Counted from the first letter of the stretch, positions 16,203 through 26,131 are shown. The stretch is 64,000 nucleotides of DNA from Myxococcota bacterium (GCA_965247115.1 CBDFGR010000002.1:1120001-1184000); one strand, 5' to 3'. Numbers and translations: made by a program. The notes: generated by a model not told the origin, from the letters alone.

Positions 16203-18805
16203 GCTCGCTCGAAGAAGCCCGGGTTGAGGGCGTCAGATCGCCGCATGACTACCCGCCACGGGGCCGGCAGCTTGTATGCCGAGCGCCTGATCAGCAACCC
16301 GTCGTGAGGGTTCACGTAGCGCCTGCGCTGCTTGATGTAGATCACGCTGCGAGTCTTCGCCGCCATGAGGCCCAGGTAATGGGCAATTTGCTCCCGCCGC
16401 ATCTCGTGCAGGGAGCTGACCGTAGCGCAGGCGTCGAAGTAGCCGTCCGGAAACATCTCGAGCTGGTTGGGGGTGAGAAACGCCAGATCCGCCTGCTCGA
16501 GCTCTTCTGCAACTTCAGCGTAGCTCGAGAACGCGCGAAACTTGAAGATACGACGGTCGCTAAAGAGCCTCGAGAGGTACCACTGCGACACATAGAGCGC
16601 CGGTGGAATGTCGAAGACGACGTATCGGCAGGGGGAGGTCGCAAGGAGCACGTGTCCGAGACGGCCGTACCCTGCCCCCAATTCGGCTATCAAGGTGGGT
16701 CGATCTCGTCCTGGCTCTGACTGAGTGTAGGAAACGTCCAGCGCGTCGACGATGGCGTTCCGCTCTCGCACCGAGTTCGCGAGATCCTGGGAGATCATCC
16801 GCCCATCGCGACGAACGCGGATCGGATTCCCTAACTCAGGCTCCTCCAACTGCGCGAGCACGCCCTCGCGATCGCTCCTGAGCACGTACTCATGAAGCGA
16901 GGCAACGTAGAGTTTGTACAGCTTCAGCCGACGCTCCCGATCGTCCTTGAAGATGTAGTAGTCCTCTACCCACGATAACCACAGCCGCGGGTCGCAATCG
17001 GGATCGTCGATCTCGTAGCGCACGAGTGCGGGCATCCCGCGCCTCAGCCAGAGCCTTACCAGGTTGACGATCTTTGGATCCCAAAGCGACGAAGGAACGA
17101 AGTTGAAATAGGCCTGATTGACCGTTCGCTTGAAGTGGGGCTCGCCACCAAAACCCAGCAGTGTGGTGTGGTCTCGATTCATCACTTCCCAGAACTTCGA
17201 AGGTCGGTAGATCTCGGGCGCCGACTCGAGCTCGCCCCGCATCCGTTCGATCTCCACTCGACCTTCCGCACTCAGTAGGTTCCGCTCCACGCCCCTTCTG
17301 TGCAGATAACGAACGACATCTCCGTGATGACCAGCACTAGCCAAGGAGAGGGCCTCTCCGCCTCGTGCAGCCGCATCCGCCCCGTTCTCATGCAGGTACC
17401 TCACCAGATCCAGGTGCCCAGCGTTCGCGGCTGCGCGTAGCGGTTCATCTTCCGCTTCTCGGATGTCGGCCCCGTGCTGGTACAGCGTCCGCACCGCCTC
17501 CAGGTACCCGCCGCTCGCCGCTGCCCGCAGCGCCGCGCCATGCCCTGCGTTGGCGTCGGCACCGATCTCGAGGAGCTTCCGAAGGCTGTCGAGATCCCCT
17601 GCGCCTGCCGTTCTAATGACAGCGCCCTCGTCGAACGCGCGAGGGTCTCCGCCTCCGAGCCGGATGTATCTGGCGACCTGCGGGTGGCCGCGCGCCTCGA
17701 CTTGACGGAGCAGCTCCGCACCACACGCGCTCAGGTTGGCCCCATTTTCATGGAGATACCGCACGACGCCCATGTGTCCGCCGAGTGCAGCTCCCCGAAG
17801 TGCGGCTTCCCCTCCGGCCCGCAGGTCGCCACCGCTCGCGTGCAGGTACCTCACTACCTCCTGGTGCCCGCTTGCTGCGGCAGCCTGAAGCGCTGCGTCC
17901 GATCCTGCCCGGATGTCCGCGCCGGCCGCGTGCAGATACTCCACTGCTCCCAGGTGGCCGTTCGATGCGGCCGCGCGCAGGGCGCGGCCATCCCCCGCGT
18001 TGGCATCGGCACCGATCTGTACGAGCTGCGCCAGACCCTCCAAGTCTCCCGACCGGGCCAGGGCAACGAGGGCGTCCTCATCGAACGCACGCGGATCGCC
18101 ACCTCCGCGGCTGATGTAGCGCGCTGTCTGGCGATGCCCGTGCTCTTCGATTTGACACAGCAGCTCTGCGTCGCACGCGCCCAGGTCCGCCCCGTTCTCG
18201 TGGAGATATCGCACAACGCCCAAGTGTCCGCCGAGTGCCGCTCCCTGAAGTGCGGCTTCCTCTCCGGCTCGCAGGTCGCCACCGCTCGCGTGCAGATACT
18301 CCACTACCCCCAGGTGGCCGTTCGACGCGGCCGCGCGCAGCGCCTCGTCCCCGCCGGCGTGGATGTCGACTCCGTTCGTGTGCAGATACATCACGACGCT
18401 CACGTGGCCATTGCACGCTGCGCCCTGGAGGGCAGGCTGCCCAGCAGCTCGGATGTTGACTCCGTTTTGATGCAGGTACTCGACCACCTCAAGATGCCCG
18501 CTGGCCGCCCCACCGCGCAGCGCAGAGTCGCCTCCTGCCCGAATGTCCCCGCCAGCACCGTGCACGTATCGCATCACCTCCAGGTGACCTCGGGAAGCCG
18601 CCTCGATGAGCGCAGCGTTATCTCCGGCTTCGACTGCGGCGCCTCGTTGAACCAGGGAGGTGGCGATCTCCAGATTGCCTGCAGCGGCTGCCGCTAGCAG
18701 CGCGTCATTCAGGTCGAGCTGGGAGCAAGTCCCGCTGCTGAGCATGCGATCCACACCAGGGAGATCCCCGGTCGAGGCAGCGGCACACAGCTCGTCGTGT
18801 GTCAT
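16190..18805 (-). CDS. Ankyrin-repeat protein fused to a putative sugar O-methyltransferase
   Basis: About 16-17 ankyrin-like repeats of about 30 aa (ALRAAAxxGHLxVVxYLHxxGAD), then PSKFW, FKRTV, SAM motif ELGAGYGRL, FDIPPALYVSQWYL, SLHEM. Confidence 0.85.
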   Translation of the reverse strand: MTHDELCAAASTGDLPGVDRMLSSGTCSQLDLNDALLAAAAAGNLEIATSLVQRGAAVEAGDNAALIEAASRGHLEVMRYVHGAGGDIRAGGDSALRGGAASGHLEVVEYLHQNGVNIRAAGQPALQGAACNGHVSVVMYLHTNGVDIHAGGDEALRAAASNGHLGVVEYLHASGGDLRAGEEAALQGAALGGHLGVVRYLHENGADLGACDAELLCQIEEHGHRQTARYISRGGGDPRAFDEDALVALARSGDLEGLAQLVQIGADANAGDGRALRAAASNGHLGAVEYLHAAGADIRAGSDAALQAAAASGHQEVVRYLHASGGDLRAGGEAALRGAALGGHMGVVRYLHENGANLSACGAELLRQVEARGHPQVARYIRLGGGDPRAFDEGAVIRTAGAGDLDSLRKLLEIGADANAGHGAALRAAASGGYLEAVRTLYQHGADIREAEDEPLRAAANAGHLDLVRYLHENGADAAARGGEALSLASAGHHGDVVRYLHRRGVERNLLSAEGRVEIERMRGELESAPEIYRPSKFWEVMNRDHTTLLGFGGEPHFKRTVNQAYFNFVPSSLWDPKIVNLVRLWLRRGMPALVRYEIDDPDCDPRLWLSWVEDYYIFKDDRERRLKLYKLYVASLHEYVLRSDREGVLAQLEEPELGNPIRVRRDGRMISQDLANSVRERNAIVDALDVSYTQSEPGRDRPTLIAELGAGYGRLGHVLLATSPCRYVVFDIPPALYVSQWYLSRLFSDRRIFKFRAFSSYAEVAEELEQADLAFLTPNQLEMFPDGYFDACATVSSLHEMRREQIAHYLGLMAAKTRSVIYIKQRRRYVNPHDGLLIRRSAYKLPAPWRVVMRRSDALNPGFFERAWAR
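17400..18300. repeat. Internal 450-bp (five-ankyrin) block duplication; ends approximate
   Basis: GCAGGTCGCCACCGCTCGCGTGCAG occurs at 17821 and 18271; the protein motif GGGDPRAFDE recurs 150 aa apart. Confidence 0.85.
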
Positions 18806-18830
18806 GAACGCGCTACTAGGCTGCCAGACG

Positions 18831-20024
18831 TCATTCGTAGGCGTTCAGAGTCTGGATGAGCCGATCGATCGTATTGGCCGGCAGCTCAGCGTGGGGCTGG
18901 CTCAGCGACGCAAGGAACTCTTTGTACAGGCGGTATTCTCGTCGTCGGCCACTCGTGGTCGCGGTGGAGACGGTCCGATCTCCTGCCAGTCGAAATCGTC
19001 GAACAAGCTCGTGCATCCGTGTCCCAGGGACGACGCGAGCTCGAGCTGCTCGTACGAGCCGAGCCAGGTGGCTGTTGCTGGGTTGCGAGGCGGCCGCGGC
19101 GAGGCGCGGCCAGTATCCTCGCATGATCTCTCCCCGTTCCTCATCCTTCATCAAGGCACTGACCAGGTAGTTCATGATCTCCGGGGTGATGTACTCGGAC
19201 AGGTACTTCAGGTGGATGAGATCGATCAGCTTCAGAAGCGCTGTCGGGGTAGTCTGATCGGATCCGTACTTGCCGAACGCCCGAAGTAGGATTGCACGAT
19301 ATCTCCCGTAGTCCGCAACCAGCTCCTCTGGCGAGGAGATCATGAATTCGACGGGGTGCCAGTGCTGATACGGCTCCGATGAACCGAGAGAACGCCCGTA
19401 GTAGAGGAGTGGCAACCTCGCGACCTTCCCCGCAACGGCCGTCAACGCACCTGCGAGAAGCTCCCGACCAAGCAGGCTTTGCACTCGTTGTACTTCGCGA
19501 AGAACCTCACGCGCCACATCAGTCCGATAGAGACCGTACGTTACGGCCTCGTATCCATTCATCGTTTCTCGCAGCCGCAGCAGCGGCTCGTCCTGATCAA
19601 AGGAGGGTCTCGAGTACACAATCGAAGTGATGCCGAAGTGAACGTTGTCGTAGAACGAGAAGTACCAACCGTGAGCTGCGCTATAGTCAGGACGGGCGTG
19701 GAGAAACTCAAGTAGAGGAGGGAGAGCGTCCAACACGACGACATCGTCGTCTGCGCATATCGAGCAGAACTCCGTCTTGACCTCCTGACATCCGCTCCAG
19801 AACTTCTCCCACGGCATGACCGAGGAGCCGTACGATACGAAACGAACATCCAGATCGATTCTGTCAGCCAGGCTGGAATTCGCCGTCTTGCTCTCATCGC
19901 TTCCCGAATCGAGCACGAGAATTGGGAAGTCGGCCGACTGACGGGCGAGATATTCGAGTAGTCGCGCCAGCTGGGACGTGCGATTGTAAGTGGGGATGAG
20001 GAGGGTGAAGTCCTTCGAGTTCAT
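18831..20024 (-). CDS. GT2-like glycosyltransferase
   Basis: FTLLIPTYNR, ILVLDSG, CADDD, AAHG, YGLYRT. Confidence 0.8.
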   Translation of the reverse strand: MNSKDFTLLIPTYNRTSQLARLLEYLARQSADFPILVLDSGSDESKTANSSLADRIDLDVRFVSYGSSVMPWEKFWSGCQEVKTEFCSICADDDVVVLDALPPLLEFLHARPDYSAAHGWYFSFYDNVHFGITSIVYSRPSFDQDEPLLRLRETMNGYEAVTYGLYRTDVAREVLREVQRVQSLLGRELLAGALTAVAGKVARLPLLYYGRSLGSSEPYQHWHPVEFMISSPEELVADYGRYRAILLRAFGKYGSDQTTPTALLKLIDLIHLKYLSEYITPEIMNYLVSALMKDEERGEIMRGYWPRLAAAASQPSNSHLARLVRAARARVVPGTRMHELVRRFRLAGDRTVSTATTSGRRREYRLYKEFLASLSQPHAELPANTIDRLIQTLNAYE

Positions 20025-20181
20025 CTAGCGCAGTTTATCGCGCGCAAGGGGATTGTAGCTCAGATGAGCCTAAGTAGTTGAAAACAAGGAACTCCCCGGC
20101 GGGGACCCGGGATCTCAGGTTCGCGATATACTCCGACCACGAGCTCATCGCAAGTCCCAGCTCGGCCCCCAGTAGATCCCA

Positions 20182-21807
20182 ATGAACCGACTCATCAGGT
20201 CCGCAGCATTAACGCTCCCTCCTATCCGCCGCCTCGTCGACGGACTAGACGAGGTCTCGCAGGAGCGCGATGTCCTGGCGCAGCATCGGGACATCGTTGC
20301 GCGGAACCTGGAGGCAGCCCTCCGCGAGCGTGACAGGCTCGCACTGGAGTTTGAGGCGCTACGCTCCTGCCTGCCTTCTGCGCCGGAGCTCGACCGGGTT
20401 GCGTGGGACTCCCTTCCAAAGGCGAACTTCGACGAGCTGGGACGGCTCGTAATGGTCGCCGAGAGCTGCGTGGATCGTGAGCGTAGGGACTTCCTGGAGA
20501 GACTCGACATACTCGGAGCGCAGTACGCGGCCGCGAGAGGGCCGTTGTCGATCGACGAGAAAATCAGACTGATCAAGGTCCTGAATCTCCTCGCGATCAA
20601 GTATGAGTACGTGAATCGATTTTCTTATGTCACAGCCCGACCGCTTGGATTTCTCCTGGATGCCAATAACTCGTGCCAGCTGGGATGTGAGGCGTGCATA
20701 CACACTTTTGACTCGGAGTTCGCAAAGAAGTTCTTCAACGTTCCCCGAAAAGGCGTAATGAAGCGCGACGTACACGACCGCATCATGGATGAGGCCGGGA
20801 TCTACAGCTTCCTCGCGTCCTACTACAACAAGAGCGAGTCCCTCCTCAACAAGAACATTCACGAATTCCTACGGGCCGCGAGCAAGCGCCGGATCTACAC
20901 GCGAATCAGCAGCAACCTCTCGTTTCCAAAGCTGGACGCGGACTCCATTGTCCTGTCAGGCTTGAATATGCTGGATGTATCCGTCGACGGGGCGACCCAG
21001 TCGACCTACGAGCAGTATCGCCGCGGCGGAAACATCGACTGGGTTTTCGAGAACGTCCGGCAGCTGGTGGCTGCAAGGAAGCGTCACTCGAGAACGACAC
21101 CTGTAATTCGCTGGAAATTCCTCACGTTTGAACACAATATCCACGAGGCAGAAGAGGCGTTCCGAAGGGCCGTAGATCTCGAGTTCGACGAGATCTCCTT
21201 CAGCATGCCCTACCCGGGACCGACAGTCGTTCCCGCGCCTCATCCAGCCTATACCCCTGACGGCACAGCCACGATTCACACGCTCAACAGGTCTCTTCAA
21301 GAGAGTTGGGTCTTTGAAACAGAGAACGGCGACATCTCCGAGGCGGTCGACGCCGCGCTCTCCGGGAAGTTCGTAGAGAGGTATGACCGGCTCAGGTCGG
21401 CGCACGGGAGCGGATTCGACGAGAGGGCTCCGGGACGAGACCATTGCGACTGGCTGCACTACAACACCGCCTTCGATGCTCATGGCGTCATTCGTCCATG
21501 CTGCGAAGGGGACTACAAGGACCGGGGAGGGTTTGACTTCAGCGATCTTCGCCGCGATGAGGACTTTCTCAATACACCGAGATACGTAGTCGCTCGAAAG
21601 TTCGCCATGGGGGAGCGAGCACTCAGTGGTGGGGCGGACCAGCTCGGCTGTTTCGGGTGCAAATACCGCCCGGGACCGGAGGCGAACCTGGGAGGCGTCG
21701 ATGGGTGGCTTCAGTTCTTTGGAAACAGGATCAGCGAAGATCTGTTGACCAACGATCCCCTCGTTGCCCTGTCCCAGTGGTCCAAGCACAACCATGAAGG
21801 GGTCTAG
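20182..21807 (+). CDS. Radical SAM protein with SPASM/twitch-like domain and N-terminal coiled coil
   Basis: CxxxCxxC (CQLGCEAC), SVDGATQSTYEQYRRGG, C-terminal CDW...G.IRPCC...CFGC. Confidence 0.85.
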   Translation: MNRLIRSAALTLPPIRRLVDGLDEVSQERDVLAQHRDIVARNLEAALRERDRLALEFEALRSCLPSAPELDRVAWDSLPKANFDELGRLVMVAESCVDRERRDFLERLDILGAQYAAARGPLSIDEKIRLIKVLNLLAIKYEYVNRFSYVTARPLGFLLDANNSCQLGCEACIHTFDSEFAKKFFNVPRKGVMKRDVHDRIMDEAGIYSFLASYYNKSESLLNKNIHEFLRAASKRRIYTRISSNLSFPKLDADSIVLSGLNMLDVSVDGATQSTYEQYRRGGNIDWVFENVRQLVAARKRHSRTTPVIRWKFLTFEHNIHEAEEAFRRAVDLEFDEISFSMPYPGPTVVPAPHPAYTPDGTATIHTLNRSLQESWVFETENGDISEAVDAALSGKFVERYDRLRSAHGSGFDERAPGRDHCDWLHYNTAFDAHGVIRPCCEGDYKDRGGFDFSDLRRDEDFLNTPRYVVARKFAMGERALSGGADQLGCFGCKYRPGPEANLGGVDGWLQFFGNRISEDLLTNDPLVALSQWSKHNHEGV

Positions 21808-21834
21808 GGATGAGCTGGCTCACGAAGGGAAGTC

Positions 21835-22536
21835 ATGAACGGACGCTGGGATAAGCTGCAAGTCGACGCCGACGAGATGCTCGCGTACACGACCGTCCCC
21901 CCTGGCGATGGTCCGTTCCCCGGGGTCCTCGTGTGCATACACGCGCCCGGAGTGGACGGGTTCATTCAAGGCATCGCGAGCCGGCTCGCGGATGCTGGGT
22001 TCGCGAGCATCGCGCCCGATCTCTACCACCGCCAGACGGAACCAGAGGAAGATCCACTCAAGCGAATGGCCAAGCTGTGCGACTCCGAGGTGCTCCGCGA
22101 TCTGGACACCGCGAGTGCCTTGCTGCGCAGCCTTCCGCGGGTAAGCTCAGACCGCACTGGAGTGATCGGCTTCTGCATGGGGGGTCGCCTCGCATACCTG
22201 ACCGCCGCGCGGGACGCCGCGCTACGCGCATCCGTGGTCTTCTACGGGGGCAACATCCAGGTCCCCTGGGGGGAGGGAGCGGCGCCCTTTGATCTGACCG
22301 AGCGGATCGCGTGCCCCGTGCTCGGCCTGTTTGGCGAGGACGACACGAATCCCAGTCCGGACGACGTCGCCAAGCTCGACAGTGAGCTCAACCGCTTCGG
22401 GAAGACCCACGAGTTCAAGAGCTATCCTGGCGCGGGTCACGCGTTCATGAACGCGGACCGTCCGAGCTATGTGGCGAAAGCTGCAGAGGACGCCTGGCAG
22501 CGCTGCACGGCCTGGCTGACGCAGTACCTCTCATAG
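21835..22536 (+). CDS. Dienelactone hydrolase family protein
   Basis: APDLYHR, GFCMGG nucleophile, YPGAGHAF. Confidence 0.92.
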   Translation: MNGRWDKLQVDADEMLAYTTVPPGDGPFPGVLVCIHAPGVDGFIQGIASRLADAGFASIAPDLYHRQTEPEEDPLKRMAKLCDSEVLRDLDTASALLRSLPRVSSDRTGVIGFCMGGRLAYLTAARDAALRASVVFYGGNIQVPWGEGAAPFDLTERIACPVLGLFGEDDTNPSPDDVAKLDSELNRFGKTHEFKSYPGAGHAFMNADRPSYVAKAAEDAWQRCTAWLTQYLS

Positions 22537-22539
22537 CGC

Positions 22540-22971
22540 CTACGTGAGCGAGAGACGCATCAGCGTCGCCGTCTCCGGACGCAGCTCTCGATACTCGCGG
22601 CTGTCCTGCATCTGGGCCGGTGCCCTGTCCAGGGGCACGCTTGCGAAGCCCAGCCTGTTGAAAAAGCCCTCGGCATCGACGGTCAGGAGAAAGAGCTCCT
22701 TCAGACCGAGCTCGTAGGCGCGGGCAAGCAGGCTGCGAAACAGCTCCCGGCCCAGGCCCTTGGCGCGCCGATCCGGAGCTACGACCATCGAACGCACCAA
22801 GCCCGAGCGCCCGTACGCCTCCAGTCCCACACACGCCACGACCTGGGAGTCGTCAAGCGCGACGATCAGGTTCGCGAGAACCGGGCTCACCTCCAGCGGG
22901 GGGAGCTCGGCCTCGGAGAGGAGCGACGAGACCTCTCCAAGCTCGTCCTCAGTGACTGCTCGAAATTTCAT
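22540..22971 (-). CDS. GNAT N-acetyltransferase (ArsN2-like)
   Basis: GLVRSMVV...RAKGLG, LFLLT..AEGFF..LGF. Confidence 0.8.
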   Translation of the reverse strand: MKFRAVTEDELGEVSSLLSEAELPPLEVSPVLANLIVALDDSQVVACVGLEAYGRSGLVRSMVVAPDRRAKGLGRELFRSLLARAYELGLKELFLLTVDAEGFFNRLGFASVPLDRAPAQMQDSREYRELRPETATLMRLSLT

Positions 22972-23107
22972 GCGTAGCAGATGTCCCCGACCGCGAGAGG
23001 CTGTGCGGCGACAGTATAGCTGGGGAGAGCTGCTCCCCCCGCACTCCCGGTTCTTCGCAGCGGGGCGGTCAGATTCGCGGGAGCGGCCCAGTGTAAAATC
23101 GCGGCCC

Positions 23108-23854
23108 ATGGATGAGCTCAAGGGAAAGGTCGCCCTCGTGACGGGGGGCTCGCGAGGGATCGGTCGGGGGATCGCCAGGCGCTTCATCGAGGCCGGGGCC
23201 AGCGTGATGATCGTCTCGCGCGGCGCGGAGGGCTGCGAGGCGGCGGCCAAGGAGATCGGCGGCGACATCGCCTGGAAGGCCGGTGATGTGGGCCGGCCGG
23301 AGGATGCGGAGGCCTGCCTGGACGCGACTCTGGAGCGGTTCGGGGCGATCGACATCCTGGTCAACAATGCGGCCGCGAACCCCTGTGCGGGACCGGTAAT
23401 CGACATCGACCTGTCGAGCTGGGAGAAGACGCTCCAGGTCAACATCACCGGAGCGCTCGTGTGGACGCAGCTGGCCTGGAGCAAGCACATGCAGGAGCAT
23501 GGCGGGAGCGTGATCAACGTCTCATCCAATGGCGCCTACATGACGAGCCCGATCCTCGGCGCCTACAACATCACGAAGATCGCGCTGATCCATCTGACCA
23601 AGCAGCTCGCGTCCGAGCTCGGACCCGGCGTCCGGGTGAACGCCATCGCGCCAGGCGTGGTCCGCACTGACTTCTCTCGGATCCTCTGGGAGGACGGCCG
23701 CGGCGAGCAGGTCGCGGCGCGCCTCCCATTAAAGCGGCTCGGCGAGCCGGAAGACATCGGCGACGCCGCCCTCTTCCTGGCATCGGATGCGAGCTCCTGG
23801 ATCACGGGCCAGACGCTGGTCGCGGACGGCGGCGCGCTCGTGGTCGACGCGTAG
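23108..23854 (+). CDS. Short-chain dehydrogenase/reductase
   Basis: TGGSRGIG, NNAA, YxxxK (YNITK), VNAIAPG. Confidence 0.93.
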   Translation: MDELKGKVALVTGGSRGIGRGIARRFIEAGASVMIVSRGAEGCEAAAKEIGGDIAWKAGDVGRPEDAEACLDATLERFGAIDILVNNAAANPCAGPVIDIDLSSWEKTLQVNITGALVWTQLAWSKHMQEHGGSVINVSSNGAYMTSPILGAYNITKIALIHLTKQLASELGPGVRVNAIAPGVVRTDFSRILWEDGRGEQVAARLPLKRLGEPEDIGDAALFLASDASSWITGQTLVADGGALVVDA

Positions 23855-23869
23855 AAGACTCGGAGCGCC

Positions 23870-24640
23870 TCAGGCGTCGATCAGACCGAAGCGGGTCCCA
23901 CAGACGTTCACGAGGTCGTCGGAGACCCGACGTCCACGCTTCTCCGCGGCTTCGAGCAGACGCTTGCGGTCCACCACCGCGAGATCGACGCCGCCAAGGC
24001 CCTCGCCGCGTCCGTCCGTCGCCTCGACAAAGCGGAGACGCGCGTTCTCGAGCGGCAGCTCCAGCCGCCCCTGCGCGTCGCGCCCGAGCTCGATCTGCGC
24101 GATTCCGCTCCAGCGCTCTGCGAGCGTCTTCGGGTCGGGACTCTGGAGCTCGGCCGCGAGGATCCTGCTCACCACGTCGGTGCGCACCGCCGGCTTCCAG
24201 TCCGGACCCGCGGGCGACCACGGACCTGCCGGGTCCTCGCCACCCTCGTGCCAGTCGATCTCGAAGAAGGCGCCGCCGGTGTCTTTCGGGTGCAGCTGCA
24301 TGCCGCGATGGTGGGTGGACTCTAGCGGCTGAGCGATCCGGACGCCGAGCTCCGCAACGCGTTGCTTGCGCGGCTCGACGTCGTCGCACTGCGTGATGAC
24401 CATGTAGCCACCGTCACCGCCGCGCCTGTCGAGATAGCGGCCGCCTGCGGTGTTCTCCTGGAAAGGCGCCACGACCTCGAGGAACTGGCTCCCGATCGGA
24501 AGTAGCGAGTTCTTGAGTCCAAACCGCTCGAGGCCAGGGTCGACGTAGCACACCTCTAGCCCGAAGATCGCCTTCAGCTCGTCGACGCTACTCGCGAGAT
24601 TGCGCGCAACCAAACAGATCTGTCGCAGTCGTAGCCACAT
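23870..24640 (-). CDS. VOC/glyoxalase-like protein
   Basis: LRLRQICLV, FLEVVAP, GDGGYMVI, QLHPKD. Confidence 0.8.
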   Translation of the reverse strand: MWLRLRQICLVARNLASSVDELKAIFGLEVCYVDPGLERFGLKNSLLPIGSQFLEVVAPFQENTAGGRYLDRRGGDGGYMVITQCDDVEPRKQRVAELGVRIAQPLESTHHRGMQLHPKDTGGAFFEIDWHEGGEDPAGPWSPAGPDWKPAVRTDVVSRILAAELQSPDPKTLAERWSGIAQIELGRDAQGRLELPLENARLRFVEATDGRGEGLGGVDLAVVDRKRLLEAAEKRGRRVSDDLVNVCGTRFGLIDA

Positions 24641-24688
24641 GTCGGTACCTCAGCGCGGCACACGGCCGCAACCCGACCATTAGAATGC

Positions 24689-26104
24689 ATGGGCCCGATG
24701 TCGGTCAATCCGTCGCGATTCCTCGAGCGCTACTTCGAGCTCCACGAGCGAGGCAGCGATGTCCGCACCGAGCTCGCCGCCGGGACGACGACGTTCCTGA
24801 CCATGGCCTACATCATCTTCGTGCAGCCGGCCGTGCTCTCGGGACGCATGTTCGGCATCGAGACGGGCCTCGACTTTGGCGCGGTGATGACGGCGACCTG
24901 CCTGGCGGCCGCGCTGGCCACCGTCATCATGGGTCTCTACGCGCGCGCTCCGATCGCACAGGCCCCGGGCATGGGCGCGAACTTCTTCCTCGTGTTGACC
25001 TTGATCCCCGCGGCAAGTGCAGCCGGGTACGCGAACGCGGGGCCGGTGGCACTGGGAGTGGTCTTCGTGGCTGGCGTGCTGTTCCTGCTGGTCACGCTCT
25101 CCGGGCTGCGCCGCGTCGTGGTGGACGCGATCAGCCCGAGCCTGCGGGGCGGAATTGCCGTCGGGATCGGGCTCTTCATCGCGTTCATCGGACTGCAGAA
25201 CGCCGGGCTCGTCGTCGTGGATCCTGTCACGGCAGTGCGGCTCAATCCGCTCTGGCTGTCGCCGGACCTGCTCGTGTTCTTCGCGGGGCTCTTTGCCTCC
25301 GCGGGGCTGCACGCGCGCGGGATCAGGGGCTCGATACTCGGTGGCATCGTCATCGCTGCCGTCGTCGCGCTGGTCCTGCGCTTCGCCCTGTCTCCGTTCG
25401 AGGTCGGAGGCGAGCGGCTTGCCGAGCTCTCGCTCCCCGGGTCAATCCTATCCATGCCTCCCGACCTGTCTCCGACGCTCTTCGTCTTCGACATCGCGGG
25501 TGCCCTGTCGCTGGCGATGCTGCCCTTCGTGCTCATCTTCCTGATCATGGACCTCTTCGACACCGTTGGAACACTTATCGGTGTCAGTTCCGCAGCTGAC
25601 CAGCCCGAGTCGAATATCCTGCCCGTTCCGGAGCGCGCCTACCTCTCTGATGCCGTCGGGACCGTTGCTGGGGCCGCGCTTGGAACCAGCACGGTCACGA
25701 GCTTCATCGAGAGCGCCACCGGTGTCGAGCAGGGCGGTCGCACGGGCTTGACCAGCGCAACCACGGCACTGCTCTTCCTGCTTGCGCTCTTCGCGAGCCC
25801 AGTCGTGGCCATGATCGGTAGCTACCCGCCGATCACCGCGCCGGCGCTGGTCCTCGTGGGCTCTCTGATGCTGCGCAACGCAGCCCGCGTCGAGTGGTCG
25901 GACGCCAGCGAGGCGATTCCCGGCTTTTTGATCGCGCTCGGCATCCCGCTTTTCTACTCGATCAGCGACGGTCTCGCGCTCGGCTTCATCTCCTACCCGG
26001 TGATCAAGGTTCTCGGTGGCCGGACCCGCGAGCTCCGCTGGCCCATGGTCGTCACTCCCGCTGTGATGCTCGCCTACGTACTGCTGCTGCGCGGCGGACT
26101 CTGA
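24689..26104 (+). CDS. NCS2-family (AzgA/PbuG-like) purine permease
   Basis: AGTTTFLTMAYII, APGMG, FDTVGT, FIESATGV..GGRTG, YSISDG. Start could be 24698. Confidence 0.93.
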   Translation: MGPMSVNPSRFLERYFELHERGSDVRTELAAGTTTFLTMAYIIFVQPAVLSGRMFGIETGLDFGAVMTATCLAAALATVIMGLYARAPIAQAPGMGANFFLVLTLIPAASAAGYANAGPVALGVVFVAGVLFLLVTLSGLRRVVVDAISPSLRGGIAVGIGLFIAFIGLQNAGLVVVDPVTAVRLNPLWLSPDLLVFFAGLFASAGLHARGIRGSILGGIVIAAVVALVLRFALSPFEVGGERLAELSLPGSILSMPPDLSPTLFVFDIAGALSLAMLPFVLIFLIMDLFDTVGTLIGVSSAADQPESNILPVPERAYLSDAVGTVAGAALGTSTVTSFIESATGVEQGGRTGLTSATTALLFLLALFASPVVAMIGSYPPITAPALVLVGSLMLRNAARVEWSDASEAIPGFLIALGIPLFYSISDGLALGFISYPVIKVLGGRTRELRWPMVVTPAVMLAYVLLLRGGL

Positions 26105-26131
26105 GGCTACGCCGGCGCTCGACACGCGTAC

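Noticed and set aside
17400..18700. Repeats as a CRISPR array or mobile element
   Set aside because: They are degenerate, in-frame coding ankyrin repeats with no spacers and no cas genes. The same applies to the repeats at 63118-63390.
20046..20135. tRNA-like start (GGGGATTGTAGCTCAGATGAGC) with a later GGTTCG
   Set aside because: A D-stem-like hairpin forms, but I could not build anticodon, T or acceptor stems. It is more likely divergent promoter DNA; tRNAscan-SE or ARAGORN would settle it.
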